The notes under the pieces are model-generated. The model was not told where the DNA came from and made no database searches. It saw only the letters and a list, made by a program, of their open reading frames with translations. Below, piece by piece: positions 11,627 through 25,344 of a DNA stretch of 64,000 bases. Each line of letters starts with the position of its first letter. Within the stretch, counting starts at the first letter, position 1. Source of the DNA: Penicillus capitatus (Eukaryota; Plantae; Chlorophyta); assembly GCA_965649825.1 (NCBI GenBank), contig OZ287705.1, positions 186,001-250,000 of the forward strand. The letters run 5' to 3'. The position numbers and the translations under genes were made by a program.

Positions 11627-14600
11627 ATGAAACGGCGTTGTCGAATCTTCCTCCTGTTCTTCAGCTTCGCGCTAGTGCGACATGCAGTCGGTCAAGGTAC
11701 GACGAACGCGGGGACCCCCTTCTCTTGACTGCGTTTTGCCTGTTTCAGACGCTTGCGACACGTTCGTCGTGGACAATGCACTGGTCGTCGACGCGTCGAC
11801 CGTGCAGGATATAGATGCGTCGGGCACTTCGTTTCAAGAAGTGGTGAACTGCCTTCGTAACGGAGCTTCCATTCAATTCGCAACGGCGAACTTTTTCGCG
11901 AACGAAACGATTCGCATTAAGACGAACGTCTCCATCGCGTCCGTCTCTGAAGGAAGGACGACGTTTACCTGTAATGCGAGACCAGTCTTCGAAATCAGGT
12001 CAGCCCATCGTCGTCGTTAGAAGAACGGTGGCGAAGTGCACGCACGTACGTACATAGGAATAAGGCGACGGTCGTCTTCTCCAACATCGCTGTCGAGCAG
12101 TGCGAGTTGGACAGCGTCGACGCTCCGCTCGTGGTTGGTCCGGATGCGACGACCACCCTCAGATCCGTGTTGTTTCTGAACAATTCGAACGGCAGAGGGG
12201 CCAGCAGCATCATGGCGATGGCTGAATCCAGCGTCACCATTGAAGACTCCGAGTTCCGAGACAACGGCGGCGAACTGGGGACGGTCGTAATGTCGAACGC
12301 AAGCAACCTTACGGTCAGGAACTCGACGTTCTCCGACAATAGAGTCAACAACTCAGAGCACGGAGGCGGCGTCTTTCTCATCCAGGTGTGTCTGCCATTT
12401 GCAGTTCTCCAAGGAGAACAAATCCGTCGACGATGCAGAGCGAGGAGACGCCGACGACCGTGGCCATAGCAGGGGAGAGCAGATTCATCAGGAACGAGGC
12501 GACCAACGGGGATGGGGGAGTCATCCATCTCTCCGGATCTGGCGCTTCGCTCACGCTCGAGGGAGATGCGGTCTTCAAATCGAACGTCGCCGGCAGACGC
12601 GGCGGCGCCATCTTTGTCTCGGAAGCCAACCTCGTTACGATCAGGGATGCCGCTTTCGTCGACAACGAAGCAGAGGGCACCGGAGGCGGAGCGCTGTTCG
12701 CCGAGGCAAGTCCTGATGCATGCAATTAACGCAGACCTACATCTGTTCACAGGATCTGAAAAAAGACGTCGTGAACAACATCCAAATCTCGAACAGCGTT
12801 TTCGCCAGAAACCGTGCCAGCGGGTACGGCGCATCCGGAGGCGGAATCTGTCTCCAGGGACGAGGCATACGCTGCACACTGACCGATTCGTCGTTCACGA
12901 TGAACTCGGCACGGCTCGACGGCGGCGCAATGCACGTCTCCGATCAGGCATCGACGACCATCCGCCAGGCGACGTTCATCGGAAACGAGGCCATGAATGG
13001 AGGCGGCGCGGCGCTCTTCGTACTGGTAAGCCTCTGATCATGTATCCTTCCTCCTCATCGACGTCCTGTCGATGGCACCGCAGTCTCTGGAGCGCACCAG
13101 AGCTTCCATCTTGAACGTTACAGTGACGGACTCCAAGTTCCTCTTCAACCGAGCCCTGTACAACAACCGCGGTGGAGGGTGCTTTGCCGTCGTCGGCTTT
13201 GGATCGAACGTCACCGTTAGCCGTTGCAGCTTCAAGGACAACGATGGAGGACGCGGCGCAGGCGGCGCCCTGTACGCCTTCCGTGGACCTGTCATCGGTA
13301 TCGAGAGCTCGAGTTTCGAAAGGAACAAGGCAGAATGGGGCGGTGCGATTTACGCAGAGGTACTCTACCCTTCGCCGACAGATCATCTTGAATATGGCTG
13401 CTGTAGCACGATGCGTCGCTTGTCGTCAGATCCAGCACGTTTCTAGACAATTCTGCGAACGAAGGGGGTGCCATGGACGTGTGGGGCGATGTCGCCATTG
13501 AAGTGGACGACTGCACGTTCGAGAAGAATCGAGCAGTAACGGAGGGAGGTGCCGCCAAGGTGCAGAACTTTGCATCCGCCCAATTCGGTCTGGCGTATTT
13601 CCAGATGAACAACAGTCGCGTTCATGAGAACGAAGCCGGAACTAATCTCTTCGAGGACAGACTCTATGGTACAGAGACGCAGGGAGGCGGCATCCTCGCC
13701 GAAGGCAGCGGGATCGATCTCGAACTGCAGAACAGCACGTTTAGAAGGAATCTGGCTTCCAATGGAGGCGCCTTGAGCATCTACGCCGTCGCCGCCTGCA
13801 ACATCGACAGAAACAGCAAGCAAGGATCCAGTGACAGAGTGAGATCTCCTAGAAGTAACGGGAGCATTGCTGCAGGTTTCAGTACAACGAGGCCACCTTC
13901 GGCGGAGCTCTTTTCATTACCGTTGACGAAAACGTCCACCTCACCAGACTCGATGAGTATCGAGTAACGAATGCCACTTTCCGGAAGAACCATGTGGAGG
14001 TGGAAGGAGGGGCCATCTACGTGACGACCACAAGAGCAGAATCCAACTCAGTATCGTTGAATGCGCACGCCTATCTGGTGCTCATAGAGAAGAGCTCCTT
14101 CAGAGAGAACACGTAAGCACATTACGATACCGCACTCGATTTGTCTGCATCGATGGCAGGGCGAGACACGGAGGCGGCGCTCTGTCCGCCATCGGATCCG
14201 CTGTGAAGGTGCATAAAAACGTGTTCAGATGGAACAGCGCTCGAGCGAACTCGACTGATCAGGCGACGCCATTCTTCGGATACGGAGGAGCTGTGCACGT
14301 TCAGACAGGAACCACTGTCGAATGCAAAGACTCGTTGTTTTCTTTAAACAGGGCAGATGTTGGCGGTGCTGTTTATGTCAAAGACGGCTCGTTCGAGGGA
14401 GAATTGCTAGAGTTCAGCAAGAATGCAGTTTTCGAAGGAGGCGTCGGCGGCGCTGTGTCAGTCGAGATTTCGAAAGGGCAGAATATTCCATACATCACAG
14501 GGGCCAACCACCGAAGAATTCTCTTTCAGTGTGACGGATGCGAATTCAAACGCAACAACGGTTCTTTGGCAGGAGGTTACTGATTTATCTCTTTGTCGCT

Positions 14601-17600
14601 CGTGCTTTTAGTGAATGATCGTTTCTTTAGGTGCTCTGCACGTGCACGACATGGATCCGGCTTCGACCTTCGAAAAGGACAACGATCTGATGATCGAGGG
14701 GTGCGAACGCCCGCAGCAAAACAAGTTCCAGACTACTACTCATGAGTTGACATGTCCAACCTACTGGCGGTTTGTCGATATGGTCAACAATCGTGCCGCT
14801 CGCTTCAGGAATACGAGTTTTGTCGAAAACACTGCGAAAGCTGGAGGCGCCATCTTCTCGAACAACCTCACGATGATCACGATCGTGCCAGATGTCGAGA
14901 ATATTTTGAATGAAAATGTCACCTACGAGCTCGACTACATCCTGACGAAGAACGAGACGGAGCATCTAAAGGCGTGCAACGTCAGCTTTCACAACAACAG
15001 TGTCGCCGACAAGGGTTACGGAGAGAAGGTTGCTTCGACCCCCTTCGCGGCATTCCTCATCAAACGCGATGAGGAAGGTCGACGCGTTCCCAGGAAGACG
15101 TTCTCGAACGGCTCCTTCCTCAGCGGAGATCGGCTGCGATTCGATGTGGTGTTCAGAGACGGTCTGGGCGAACCCGTCACCTTCGCAGACAACCTGACGG
15201 CCCACATCAGCTGCGACGAAGAGAGGTCGAAGAACATGTCGGCGGACTGCTCGAAGCTCGAGATATCTGGACAGGAAACTGCGCAGGCGAGCGAGGATGG
15301 AGTGATGAATTTCACAGCCGTCCGACTACGAGGACTCAGAGAGAAGACGTACACTCTGCGCATCGACTACCGCTCGACATCCGAGCTGCAGACGCTGAAC
15401 GTGAACTCTTCCTTCGTCCGTGTGACGATGCGACCCTGCAAGATCGGCGAGAGGACAGTCAGCCAGGAGGACGATTACCTGGAGTGCCAGGAATGCGCCC
15501 AGGGCGAGTTTCAGCCGTTTCCAGACAGGCACGAGTGTCTGCCCTGCAACGAAGCCGAGAACCACACCCAGTGCGATGGGAAAACGATCGTGCCGCGCGA
15601 TGGATACTGGCACGCCACCTCGTTTTCGTTCGCCGCCCAGGAATGCATTGGCCACGACGCCTGTAGATCGTCGAAGGAGGACGGGGAGACGAGGACTGGG
15701 AAGCTCAGAGAGATTGCAAGAGAAGCGCACGAACGGGGCGAGCCTCTGCTGCACAACTTCAGAGAGAACAGCACGCTGTGCAGAAAGGTTATCTAAACAC
15801 TGCCCCTCCCTCCCTTCAGTGAGGTCTTTTCGTTGTGTTCAGGGATATCAGGGTGTTCTCTGCGGCAGCTGCGAGAATGGCTACGGCAGAGAGGGAAGTG
15901 TCTGCCGAAAATGCGGATCGCCTGCCATGCGTGCATTCATATTGACGATGCTGATCCTCTGGTCGTTTCTGTTCTTCACGTATTTCATTCGATCTGTGCT
16001 GCTACTGGCCACGCGCATCGAGTTCAACAAGAGATTCAGTCAAGCGAGAGTAACGCAAATTAGACATCGGGCAGCGAATTCCTCTCCGTCCACATCGCAG
16101 TCAACGACGAAAGCCGAAACCAGCCAAACTCCGAAGACAGATCTCGAGATGGCGTCAATGTCTTCGGTGGTGGAGGTTGTAGAATTGCCCTATAGCGAAG
16201 CGAGGAGACCAGCTACAAGCCAGTTGCAGGAACAGAATGATCCAGCAGGAAACGTGACAAAGGAGTCCAAGATGACCCACATTGAAAGACTGAGCAGACT
16301 GAGGTCTTCAATGAGAAGAAGACAGAGACAGGAAGGTGCTGCGCAAAATACAAGGAGGCGACGACGCTTTCGAAAGGGAGGAAGATTGGCACAGAAGCTC
16401 CAGACCCTGCTCAATCCGACCAACTCCAACGTCGCCATCGAGCCCCTGACTCTGGCCAATCCTGTCTCGGAAGTCCTCAAGGTGTGCCCGTTCTGTCTGA
16501 CGGTTCGTGTGCGAAGACCGACTTCGTGTGTTCTTCAGATTCTTGTCAACTTCCTCCAAGTGACATCCGTCGCACTCGCGATCAATGTTGACTGGGAAGA
16601 CTCTCTGAGAAGGACACTCTACGCAATGGGTATGTTCTTAAACATGAAAATCGGACATCTTTCTTGGGCTTGAATGCAGGTGCCATCGGCAATCTCTCTT
16701 CCGGCACTGGATACCTCTCACTGGACTGCTATCTCGATGAGAACGGTCATCCGAAGTCCCTCCGCCGGATGACGATCGTCATCCTCTATCCGCTGCTGAT
16801 GTTCGTCGTCTACGTTTTCATCTGGGCTAGCTACAGCATCATCAGGAGAAGAGGAAAGAGGTACTACACATGACCGACTGGATCCTCACAAGACCTTCCG
16901 CTGTTCTCTAGTTACTGCGGCCAGAGGATTCTGTTGACGTTTCTGGCGATCAACTACTTCATCTACATCGGCATGACCAAGAACCTGCTGCGCTTCTTCG
17001 CCTGTACGCACGTCAGCGACGACAGGGAGGGATCGAACTGGCATCGCTTCGTCTGGGAAGAGGACACAGATGTCGAGTGCTACGAGGGTCGCCACGCGTT
17101 GCTCGTCGGCGTCCTCGTCCTTCCTCTCCTCCTTTCCGTAACCTTTGGATTCCCCGCTGGGATTCTCATAACCCTCAGACGCAACAAGAGTCAGCTGAAC
17201 GACGAGGGTTTTGTCGAGACGTTCGGATTCCTATACAGAGCCTACGACAGATACTACTGGGAAGTGGTCATCATGCTGCGCAAGGCAGTGATCGCTGCCA
17301 TCGCAGTGTTCGCCCATCGACTCGGCGCAACGCTCCAGGGCCTCATGTGCGTCCTGGTGATCGTCATCGCCCTGTCGGTGCAACTGGCGGCGCAGCCTTT
17401 TACGCGAGAGATTCCGCAGCTGAACTACCTGGAGACGTGCTCGCTCTCTGCAACCATCGCCGTCTTCGTTGCTGGGCTCATGATGAACGCCGACACAGTT
17501 GACCAGATGGACCGTGTCGCCCTCAGTGTGATAGCGATTCTCTTTGTCTGCTCCACTCTTCTGTTCATCCTGGTGCAGCTGGTGTTCGCCACCGAGGAGT

Positions 17601-17951
17601 TCATCGACATGAAACTGATCGAAGTGAAGGCAATGGAGATCCAGGAGGTGATCGATGCGCGTCTGCACGAGAAGGTGCATCGTCTGATTCAACACTACGG
17701 AGCAACGGCGATCGTGACCATCCGAACACTCGTCCAGTTTTTGATGAGGCGTCCTCGTCAACGCAGAGAAACCGAAGTCGCTCAAGGTGTGTATTCGTAA
17801 ATTCCATTCAACACATGTGTCTTTATGTAATGCTTGATTCGTCGGCGAGAGCCGCCTCCATTCATGTTCGAGTGTTTTGAATGAATGCGTTTCTGTGTTT
17901 CTAGGTTCGTTCTACCGTCGTGTGGGCGAGGCTCAAGCGCACGCACCTTAA
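11627..17951 (+). CDS. Pmp-repeat beta-helix / Cys-rich / multi-pass TM receptor-like protein, copy B (15 exons, ~1,800 aa)
   Basis: ATG 11627 MKRRCRIFLLFFSFALVRHAVGQ (signal peptide). More than 20 FxxN...GGA(I/L) repeats (e.g. FKSNVAGRRGGAIF, FERNKAEWGGAIY, FVENTAKAGGAIF). 14 introns placed by eye keep the frame; the intron 7 donor is ambiguous. About 9-10 hydrophobic helices at the C-terminus. Confidence 0.9.
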
Positions 17952-19934
17952 ACACCTGGTTATTTTTTGGTAACAGGACACAGTGGGGGATGCGATGTTT
18001 CATCAGATTCTTTTTTGTCATTCGACGTCTATCAAGCTTCGAACTGAGCTCAAGGAGGCTCAGTACCAATGCAGTCATTCAAACCTCTTACGGACATGGA
18101 GGTTCTACACCATGCATGATCCAGTCCGACTATCTTTTTTGAACGTTTTCCAATGAGCGTGCGCATCGTTTATTTGCGATGATCACTGCACGAGTGTATT
18201 TTTTTAAGTGTTTTGGCGCAGAGGATGTTGAGGTACCGATCGTCTTTAAGCTTATGGATTATGGCACTCGTCCGATCGCCGCAGAAACGGTCTTTCTCTC
18301 ACATAATCGCGCAGCAGTAGCTCCTTGGCGCGATGTTTCACTCTCTGGATAAAGCATCCCGTTTTGGATCTCTCTTGACCGACCTCCTCCGTGCGCGCAT
18401 GAGTCAGGTTTTCTTCCTCACTGCTGACGCCTCGTCTCGTTGCGTCAATTCGCAAACCACGCCGTTCAGCGGACTTCCCAATTAGCGGCTGTTCAATCGC
18501 CCTGTTATCAACGTTTGGAGAGGGGCTGGTACGTTGTGTCGACAGTGCACGAGCTTCGTAAAGAACGAACTGTTTGTTGCGTATGGCCTGTCTCCCTGTC
18601 CGTTTGTACTCAGACGCAACTCTCGTTCGACGATACACTCTGGCATCTGATCCATGGGGTGCTCGGCGCCTTGTCACGACGTGAACCGGTGAAGGTGATA
18701 TCCTTCGGCTTTTCTTTAACAACGTGAAGCTGTTATCGGCAACCGTGTGGGCAGGCAGAGAAGCACTCTGCGCGGAACGTAAAGCAACGCAACGCAACGG
18801 ACGCTCCGTCTGTTTAGTTTCTTGCGGACCTGATAACGCCGCCTGGATGTCCATCCGGTAACACTCAGATGCCCTCAATACGCAGACGAACGTTCCCTTG
18901 AGCTCAGGCTCGAACGATCTTCTGCTCGATGAGCGGACTTCCGAACAACGCAGGACAACGTCACTGCCCGGCGCAGTAATTTCTGCAAAACTGAGCTCGC
19001 ACAAAACGCAGTTCCTTCTTGATCCCGCCGTCTTCGGCGACTGAACGAGCTCTCGCGCATCGCTCGATTGTCCATTTTCGGGATATTCCCTTCTCGCCTC
19101 GGCGTCGTCGTTCACTGCGCTGGCCGACATACGTGTTCTTCCAACGCATCCACGTCCCTGTACTTGACAAAGCACGGTGCCGAACGCGTTTACTGAGCTA
19201 GCTTGTGTTTGGACTTGTGGATTCCTGAGAGAGTATAATCGCGAGACGGAGTTGATGCGCACCAACCGTGGCACCCGGACGCCGCAGCAAAGGGAATTGA
19301 GGAGTCATTGACAAAAGGAATGCACAAAGGTCGAGATGGAACCTATGTATTACTTTACACCGTCACAAGGGATGTCTGTCGCGAATGGGATCCGTGGTGG
19401 AAATGGCTGCAAGATTGTCGCTCGTCTCCTAGCACAGATTGTCGTTTGAAGGGGACGAATCCAATCATCGATAGAAATGACGTGACAGAACCGGTCGTGA
19501 TGGAGGACTTCATACGGCGTTCTCCTCATCGCGGAATGGATTACTGTCCATCAAGTGTCGTTCACTCCTGACGGCGACACCCAGGTTCTTTAATCTACCT
19601 CGTCCGACAGCGGTCCAAGGAATATCATAACTATCAGGACCGAGAGTGTCGCCGAATGATCTGAGCGCGTACAGGTCAGTAGACGAGAGAAGTCGGACGG
19701 GTATTCTTTCACGAACATCGGTACGTCGTTATATAGGTAAACGTCACGTTAAGCGACAGTGACGTTCTGTGATCTAACGGAACGATTTTGATGAACGCAT
19801 CGATCTTCTGAGTTGTCACCTCGGACGGCGAAAGACGTTCAAGACCCTATCTAGGTTGCTGTCTGTCCACGGTGAAAACGCGTCCCTGATACTGTCCACT
19901 GACCAAGGGCCAGGTTATGGTCAGCTCGTTTGAA

Positions 19935-22900
19935 GCGTGTTCGTCCTAGCCAACTCCTTCCGTTCTGTCCATTTTGCAGGATCCAACAAATCGCTCTTGT
20001 AATCGAGGCCAAATCTGAGCTCTTCAAAAGAGCAACGGGTGACTCTGTGGACAGAGGAATTGATTGCGTCCCGAGATCTCTACACGAGCTGATTCCATAG
20101 GCTGTGCGTTGCCGTCTTCAGGCGCCGAATCCTGCCTAGCAGCGTCCGAATCGTTCGCTCGACAAGACCGTTGGATGAGTGATGAAAGGGAGCGCTGAGT
20201 CTGAGATCTATCCCACGGTGCTCGATCCAAGCGACGAAAGCAGGTGAAGTGAATTGAGAACCGGAGTCTGCCACGATCATCTGAATCTTCCCATGCTTGC
20301 GCATCCAATCGTTGAGGAATTCTTCAACTCGTTCTCGCGTGGGAGAACACACTGTGCATGTCTCCACCTATCCGGAGAAGTAATCAACGGCAACTAGGAT
20401 GTATTTTGACGGAGCTCTGGCCTGCTGTGACAATGGACCCAACACGTCGATGCCGACACGTCTGACACTTCGCTAGCTTCAATGAAGCCCAGATCTTCTC
20501 TGAATCTTCGCCTTTTCTACATCTGACAGGTTTCACAAGTCTTGGAACGTGCTCCGCAAATTTTCTTGCCACGGGACCATCTCACGGAGTCTTGGAGAGA
20601 GATAGCTTCAGATTTGCTGCCGAATAGTGCCCCCGTGCATGAGTGTCTCTGATCCACTCTCTAGCGTGCTCGTCAAGCTTCTGCTGACATGTCACTGGGT
20701 AAGTACAGACTTTAGACGACGACGCAGATTCATTGCTTTCTTCATCGTTGTAGACAGACGACTCTTGTAACGGCACCGTTTCCCATCTGTCATCGTCCAT
20801 CTCACTCTCAATCTCACACTTGCTTCGCTGGCGTCACACATTAAGAATTTCTGGCGCGAGAGAAGGTCTGCCAATTGGTTTTCCGATCCGGCTTGAGATC
20901 TCACTAAGGGGTAGTCTCTCAGGACCTCTTCTGTTCTTCTTAGCATGAGCGTGCTCTGGCTCTTCCAATTCCACATCTTGGCAAACGCCCAGCTGTCTGT
21001 GAAGACAACAATCTACCGTCCCAGAGTCAAGTGACGAAACGTTCTCAACGCTTGCAACAGCGCATCCAACTCTATGTCTGAAGAGTGAGCCCATGGTTTC
21101 TTGTTTCTCCTCATCATTGCAACGTTGCCGCTTTCATCCATTAAAGCTGCACCATAACCGACGGCAGAAGCGTTACCACCATCCTCAATGACCCACTCCC
21201 ATTCCAGTAACCAAGCTGCTAAGAGTTTCTCTTGACAGGAGCGCAACCGACACTCCCAGAATCGTCCAAACTCTGTCGTCCGAAATCTTTCGGCTTCCGC
21301 CTTCTTCCATGGTTCTAACGTGCGAAGTATGACGTCTTGACACCAGGTATGACGATTCAATTGAAACAACAGCCCTTCGACCGTCCTTAAATCCTTTGCA
21401 CATCTCGGCTTGGGCAGATCGTTTAGCTTATCAAACCGTTGCTCGGTCTGATTCCTTCTCAAGGTACTCGACAGAATCGGTGCACCACTTGGATTTCTCG
21501 GCATTCAGCCGCCACTCATCACGACTGAGATCAGAGAAAACAATGTTCTAATCCCGCAAGTGTTCCTCTATGGCATCTGATCCCAATAACAAATCATCAA
21601 CATAGTAAAAAAACACTAGAGCCGTTCAGTTTTTTCACAATTCGGGACAGAGTTATAGACAGAGCCTTTTGAAAATGTCTCATGCTCGACAGCCAGCCAA
21701 AAGGGCATCTCTTGTATTGAAAGAATCGTGAATTGAAGAGAAAACCAAAAAAGATCCGAATCTCTGGAGCCAGAGGCACCTGCATGAATCCCTTCCGCAT
21801 GTCGATAACGGACCAGACCGTCTTCTTCGGCATGTGCCCCAGTAAACGCATCCTGTCTATGGGAATTCCTTGCACCGAAACAGTCGCAGATTTCAGCGCT
21901 CGGAAGTCCATAACCACTCTGATCTTGTTTCCTTTCTGTGGCACGGGTATGAGTGGCGTCAGGATGGCGGGAGGCCTTGCCACTTCTTCGACTGCCCCGA
22001 TCTCGACGACCTCTTGTATCTGGGCTTGAATCTGATCCTCCACGGCAGGTGCCAATGGACAACATGGAATCGCGAAGCAGTCGACGTGATCTTCGAGCCC
22101 GAGATCGTCCACACAGTAGTGCTTCACACCTGAAAGCTTCCTCTCGCACAGACGCGGGTATTTCTTCCAGAGGTCGTCCATCGACCGCTCTTCGTCCTCA
22201 GCATCATCGATGTCTGAGACTTCGCTGTCTTCCTTCCGCGTTACTGTGTTCAGCTTCTGGCGACGCTGCCGTTCCAAAGTGTCTCTCAGCAAGAGACGCG
22301 ACCCATCGACTTTCTTCAGAACGACTTGCTCGTCTGTCTTGACTTGGAATGCTGCTATCATGAATTTGCTTCCCAGCTGTTCAGGCCGGTCGCGCGCATT
22401 CCTCGGAGACATTTTGATCGGTTTTTCAGCACTTTTGATGCAGGGCTCGATCATCACACTTCCTGCGTTGCCAGTGGGCATCAACGCGGCGTCTCTGTTC
22501 AAGATTCGATACGGCAGTTGGAATCTCACTGACGATCTGGGGGCGAGAAAGGCGGATTTCCCCAAAGGTAATAAAATTAACGTTCCTTCTCTCCTAGGCT
22601 GAGTTGCTCTACGTTCGTCTTTTTGAATGTAAATTACAGAATCTATCGGTTCTGTACACATTTGGTCAATGAAATGGTCTGTACAGTTGTCTTCATCAGG
22701 CCCTACTGAAGATCCTCCGCCTCCCGGGCCTGAGCTTGCCGGCGGAGGCGGTCGTTTGACATCACACAGTGAATGCATCTTTCCGATCCATTCGGCAACT
22801 TAACACTGATCGTGCACCTGCTACAGTCGACCGGTGCTTCCATCTTTGCGAGAGCTGGCAACCCCAGAATCACCTGCTGAGCGCTGTCGAGAACGTCGAA

Positions 22901-24843
22901 ATCGATCTGGTGCAATGCCGGAGAGAATCCAAGATGCACTTCAAGAGTGACTCTTCCCAGACTCATTTTCACGGAGCCGTTGAATGCTCTCACCTTTTTC
23001 TTCACGGACTCATCAACAGACCACTCTTGACGCGGTGCCAGCTTCAGCGGTGTAATGGTGGCGATGAAAACGCTATTACAATCTTTTCAAATGTCAACAT
23101 CCTTTAATACCACGACAGCGGTATCGCATCAAGTCCGACTCCTGTGTCGATCAGACATTTTCGACGAATCACGTCGTTTGCATCAGCAGTCAGGCCGCAC
23201 CTCAACTGCAATTGCTCACCAGGACTTCCCAAGTCAACCTCGATGACCTGATCGAGATTCTTGCTTGGCGGACTCTCCATGGGCGGCGCTCCAGTCTGTT
23301 GAGGCCTCGTTCCTCCCGAGATCTTCTTTTGCTTATTCAGCCACAGCCAGCAGCCTGCACGACGATGACCTGGTTTCCCGCAGTAGTAGCAAAGAATGGG
23401 GGATCCCGGTCTGCCACCGCGTCTTCCCCTTCCTCTGAAAGTTCGGAATCCCGAACGGCTTCGTCTGGAGGGCTCGGATGGCTGGCCAGAATCGCTTTCC
23501 TGCCCTTGGCTCATCTGATGCACACCGTCAGCCACAGCTCCCGAGTGCTCGTCTTCTAGATCACCCTTGTCGTTGAGGTGTTAATCTTCCGCTTCTGCAG
23601 CTCTCAATGAGACGCTCTTGTGGTTCTCAGCTCCCCTCTGCAGAGTCATCTTCCACTTCAGAGATCTCTTCGCTTCTGCCGCGATCGTTTCGATCAACAG
23701 TTCATCCACGTCGTACTTGTCTTCTAGTCGATTCCTCGGTCTTAGAGCGAGCTTGGCCAGCAAGATCTCTCTTGCCCTCGGCAGCAAAACAGACTTCGAA
23801 ACCGTCTTCATTCTCTGGCGGTATCGTATTACGAACGAGTGGGTGTCCGCATCTCGCTCGCAGATGCACTTGAGCAAATACTTTTCGGCGTCTAGATCGA
23901 CTCCTAACCTCGATGATCATTTATCCCAAGTAGGACTTGATTTCACTCCACACCGTTTCGAGCGTTCGTTCTTCTTCCTTCGTCGTTATCTTTAAGTCCG
24001 ACGGCAGGCTGCTCATGCGACGGCGAACGATGGACTCGATTCCTGCAGACATGGTGGCCCCGGTTTCTTTGGATTGATCGAACGATTCCAGAAGAACGAA
24101 GATTCTCTTGTTGATGAATCTGTGCGATATTTCGAGTCGACCCAGTAATCTTTCATGCAAATTCTGCGTCCACACAGTGATACTCATCAGCTCTGTCTGT
24201 TGGATGGTCAGTGGCGACTGAGAGAATGATCCTGCATTCAAATCGGACGTTCTAGATCCTTTGCTTGTTGCTTCTGACTGTGCTGCTGTCATAGGTCGAC
24301 AAAGTGGATCCACAATCCTCGTCAGGACCACCGGCGCCGCCATACAAACATTATCCAGAGCCATCTCGCCAGTCCTGGGTACTCGCCATTCAGCAAGGAC
24401 GCGCACAACGCGATCGCCGGATTGAGGCAACGCGTCAACAGAGTTGTGCCTTGTTTCTACAGACTTCTTGCTGAGTCGACGGCTCGGTCAGTCGCGACAC
24501 TTAGTCTTCCTTCTCTGACTGCTTGGGTGAAGTCCATGTACACCGCAGCTGCTTGTTCTCGCGTCAACGGACGTTGAAATACGCCACCCGGAAAAATCTT
24601 GCGGTTTCTTATAGGTGCGACATTCTCCGTCCACAGCTCCACTGCCATGGAGTTCAACGCGAAATCTAGGACGACTGCGACTGTAGCGAGTCCGGCTGCA
24701 GTCGCATGTGAGCATCGCTCCGAAACCATGTAAACAAGCGTTACCAGCGTGGTAAGCAACAGCTCCAAAAGCTGAACCGCGATCATGTCTTAAACAGAAT
24801 GTCCGATGACAAGAGTTGTCAACATTTATCTCTCGTCTCGACA
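19935..24843 (-). mobile_element. Degenerate Ty3/gypsy retrotransposon, copy 2
   Basis: Near-identical to 4640-11125 with the same stops and frameshifts. It lacks the 1.63-kb insert. Protease reads LIDTG but is interrupted by a 64-bp insert. Confidence 0.92.
23052..23115. mobile_element. 64-bp AT-rich insertion with 7-bp TSD (CAGCGGT)
   Basis: CAGCGGT at 23045-23051 and 23116-23122; the paralogous site near 7749 has a single copy. Confidence 0.85.
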
Positions 24844-25344
24844 CGAGGGAAGGATGCGACGAATGAACTAATGGAAAGTGCGTTATATCTGAATACCCCA
24901 GAACTGACGGTGTGTTCTCCAAAACTGACGGGAGAAATGAAGGCGATATACTCACGTCATGGATGACCACATTCTGATGACTACATAGCACCTTCGTTTT
25001 CCTCGCTGTTCTTTCCTCGAAACTAATGAAACGCTATGATGACAGAATTTATGCGGAATGTGGAAACTGCTTTAAATCCCGACCAGTCATTTGGTCGTGA
25101 ACGAACGGTTCTCTTCTTTGCACATTGTCTAGTACGCGACACGTACCCCAGAGATCCAAACGCACCAACATTCGTTTTTGTACACGCAAGTCCGGCAGTT
25201 TTGGTTGACTCCGTGCGTCCTGCAGTCTTCATTAACTCCGTTTCCCCTTCAGCAAAAAACGCATCCGGTTCGGAGAACAAGAGTACACGGTTCTTGAGCG
25301 ACAAGACAGCTCTGGCTTCCCTAGGCAGTCGGCTAAGCTTTCTC

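Noticed and set aside
11627-17951. Bacterial Pmp autotransporter or bacterial contamination
   Set aside because: The gene has 14 spliceosomal introns and an alpha-helical multi-pass C-terminus rather than an autotransporter beta-barrel.
18252-19274. 340-aa minus-strand ORF in the spacer as a gene
   Set aside because: It is open only in one unit. The homologous DNA in the other units is broken by indels, and the protein has no recognisable motifs.
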